Shown here in pieces: positions 63,130 through 64,000 of a stretch of DNA of 64,000 bases; the stretch's first letter is position 1; each line of letters opens with the position of its first letter. Below the pieces are notes generated by a model. The model was not told the DNA's origin. It worked only from the letters and a program-made list of their open reading frames with translations, and ran no database searches. Source of the DNA: Octopus sinensis (Eukaryota); contig NC_043005.1 in the NCBI RefSeq assembly GCF_006345805.1, forward strand, positions 44,764,001 through 44,828,000, read 5' to 3'. The position numbers and the translations under genes are program-made.

Positions 63130-63625
63130 TTTCTTTATGTTTACAGGAACTATGGGGGACACTGAATGTTTTTAGAAATTGCGTTCATTTAGAGAGGATT
63201 AATTGTTTTAGATTTATGCAAGTGAGACATGGGCTACTATGGAGAGGACAGAACATTAATAGGCTATGACACCAAAGGACCATGAAATGACCCATGCTAG
63301 GAATATTATTATGAGAAAATATTTGAAATGAAATAATTTGAGAACGGAGTGGAGTGAACAAAATGATCACAGAATACCAAAAGCACAAGTGCCACTGGTC
63401 TGGAGATGTCACAAAATTTACTGACAATAGGTGAACCTGTGCAGTCACCTAGGGGTAACCAAGACAACAGAAAAAGCAAACCATTTGGAGGGCCTCCAAA
63501 ATGATGGGAAGATGATTTAGCTAAGCAATTTGGATCAAGATGCAAAAGAATGGCACAAGTGAGACGGAATTCGAAGCACATTGTGAGCAGCAGTGTATAA
63601 CAGCATCTGATGGTCTGATTGATGC
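63130..63625 (+). pseudogene. Decayed RTE-1-type LINE C-terminus
   Basis: YASETWAT...MLGILL*ENI*NE...KCHWSGDVTKFTDNR...GGPPK*WEDDL...AQ resembles YGSETW...MLGISLRDRIRNE...KWQWAGH...RGRPPTRWEDDL. Confidence 0.7.
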
Positions 63626-64000
63626 TGTGATATTGTGAAGAGAGGATTAATGGAGAGGTCAGAAAAGGAGAAATATACAAAGAATCTTCTGTGAGTGTAG
63701 GGGAGAATGTTATGAAGACATTTGGCCAAAACAGTTACCTAAATGATTATTCTCTCCTAACCCTTGCTCTACAACTTTTCTTCATGCAGGCCTCCTGACT
63801 TATATTCAGATTTTGTTTTGTGTGTGTATGTGTGTGCGTATTTGCTTGTGTGTGAGAGAGAAAGAGAGGGGGTGTGTTTTATTTACATTTTATGTGTATC
63901 CATTTATCCATCCATACATTTATCATCATAATCAGCAACAACATCATTATCATATGTTCCTTTTACCATATATGTGTATATATATATGTGTATATATATA

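Noticed and set aside
385-63729. Dozens of ORFs rich in YI, HT, CV, MYVC, poly-H, poly-I or poly-R in the ORF track
   Set aside because: They are translations of di-, tri- and tetranucleotide microsatellites or SINE interiors, not genes.

Overview
Eukaryotic, AT-rich, microsatellite-dense, repeat-dominated DNA. From recall of its SINE families it most resembles an octopod cephalopod (Octopus) genome; this is an inference, not a search result. No complete protein-coding gene or bona fide RNA gene was recognised, and nearly all ORFs in the supplied track are microsatellite or antisense-TE artefacts. The window is intronic or intergenic and holds more than 20 copies or fragments of one bipartite tRNA-derived SINE plus three other short retroposon families. 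It also contains decayed RTE-, R4/Dong-, CR1- and Penelope-type retroelements, a decayed hAT transposase, several MITE or foldback elements and two local duplications. Three isolated minus-strand exon-like segments (41608-41694, 39718-39796, 15765-15826) may belong to an unidentified host gene. The most interesting items are: (i) an RTE LINE whose whole RT domain is deleted but which keeps its endonuclease and ends in three C2H2 zinc fingers, with a second copy of the finger cassette 20 kb away; (ii) R4-clade LINE pieces embedded in (TACA)n microsatellite on both sides; (iii) a minimal hammerhead-ribozyme motif at 831-882 plus two decayed ones; (iv) long, near-perfect foldbacks. Boundaries of decayed elements are approximate (about +/-20 nt) unless a motif is quoted.
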